The notes beneath the pieces were generated by a model. It was not told where the DNA came from. It did not search any database and saw only the letters and a list, made by a program, of their open reading frames with translations. DNA of 64,000 nucleotides from Mobula hypostoma (taxonomy: Eukaryota), in contig NC_086124.1 of assembly GCF_963921235.1 (NCBI RefSeq), forward strand, positions 16,430,001 to 16,494,000. The letters run 5' to 3'. The position numbers were made by a program, and so were the translations under genes. Positions 63,490 to 64,000 of the stretch are shown in pieces; within the stretch, counting starts at the first letter, position 1; each line of letters begins with the position of its first letter.

Positions 63490-64000
63490 TGATGACTGTG
63501 TAGCTACGCATACGTCAAATGCCATCTGACGATACAGCCATTGATGGCAGAATTTTAGATGGTGACGAAACGTACAGGAGCGAGAGATGCCAGTCAGGTG
63601 ACTTGTATCGCAGCATCAACTTTGCATTGAACGTCAGCAAGACTAAAGAGCTGATTGCGCTCGTCAAAAAGGGGCAGACGAGGAAACGCAAACCAATCCT
63701 CATAGAGGGACCAGACATGGTGAGAGCGAGCAATTTCATGTCCTTGGGTGTTGTAAACTGGACACAACATATTGATGCAACTATAACAAAGGCAAGACGG
63801 GCGGCTATATTTCATTCGGAGTTTGAGGAGATCTGCTTTGCCAACGCAAACACTCGAAAACTTCTGCAACTGCAGCGTGGAGAGAGTTCTAACTGGTTGC
63901 GTCACGGTCTGGTGTTGGGGTTGGGATGTGGGGCTACCGCACAAGATCGAAGTAAGTTGCAGAAACTTGTCAAATTAGTCAGCTTCATTATGGGGAGCTG
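63490..64000 (+). mobile_element. Rex1/Babar LINE RT fragment
   Basis: DDTAIDGRI..LNVSKTKELI..CSVERVLTGCVTVW remnants; runs off the window edge. Confidence 0.8.

Overview
Vertebrate genomic DNA; the repeat families and histone/ZNF style point to a cartilaginous fish, most likely a ray (inference). The window holds part of a replication-dependent histone cluster: an H2B pseudogene, H2A, H4, and a tandemly duplicated H3+H1 unit, all with 3' stem-loops. It is interleaved with three paralogous C2H2 zinc-finger loci: two decayed and one with an intact 17-finger ORF at 51382-52812. Much of the rest is retroelement-derived: many CR1 LINEs (one full-length, young but RT-dead, at 45721-50084), Rex1/Babar, I/Nimb (RNase H), Penelope-like elements with GIY-YIG remnants and hammerhead-ribozyme cores, RTE-derived non-autonomous elements, V-SINEs, a Gypsy gag/PBS remnant and an ERV-like remnant with a tRNA-Ser PBS. 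Main points of interest: Penelope hammerhead motifs, a Penelope insertion in the H2B promoter, an atypical H1 with an apparent gene-conversion tract, a ZNF ORF restarted from a linker-derived ATG, a stack of nested insertions in the ZNF intron, an orphan multi-motif promoter, and a CpG-rich gene-free zone with CTCF-like sites and a tRNA-Asn-like relic. I found no convincing evidence for a wholly new multi-gene system. All alignments were done by eye.
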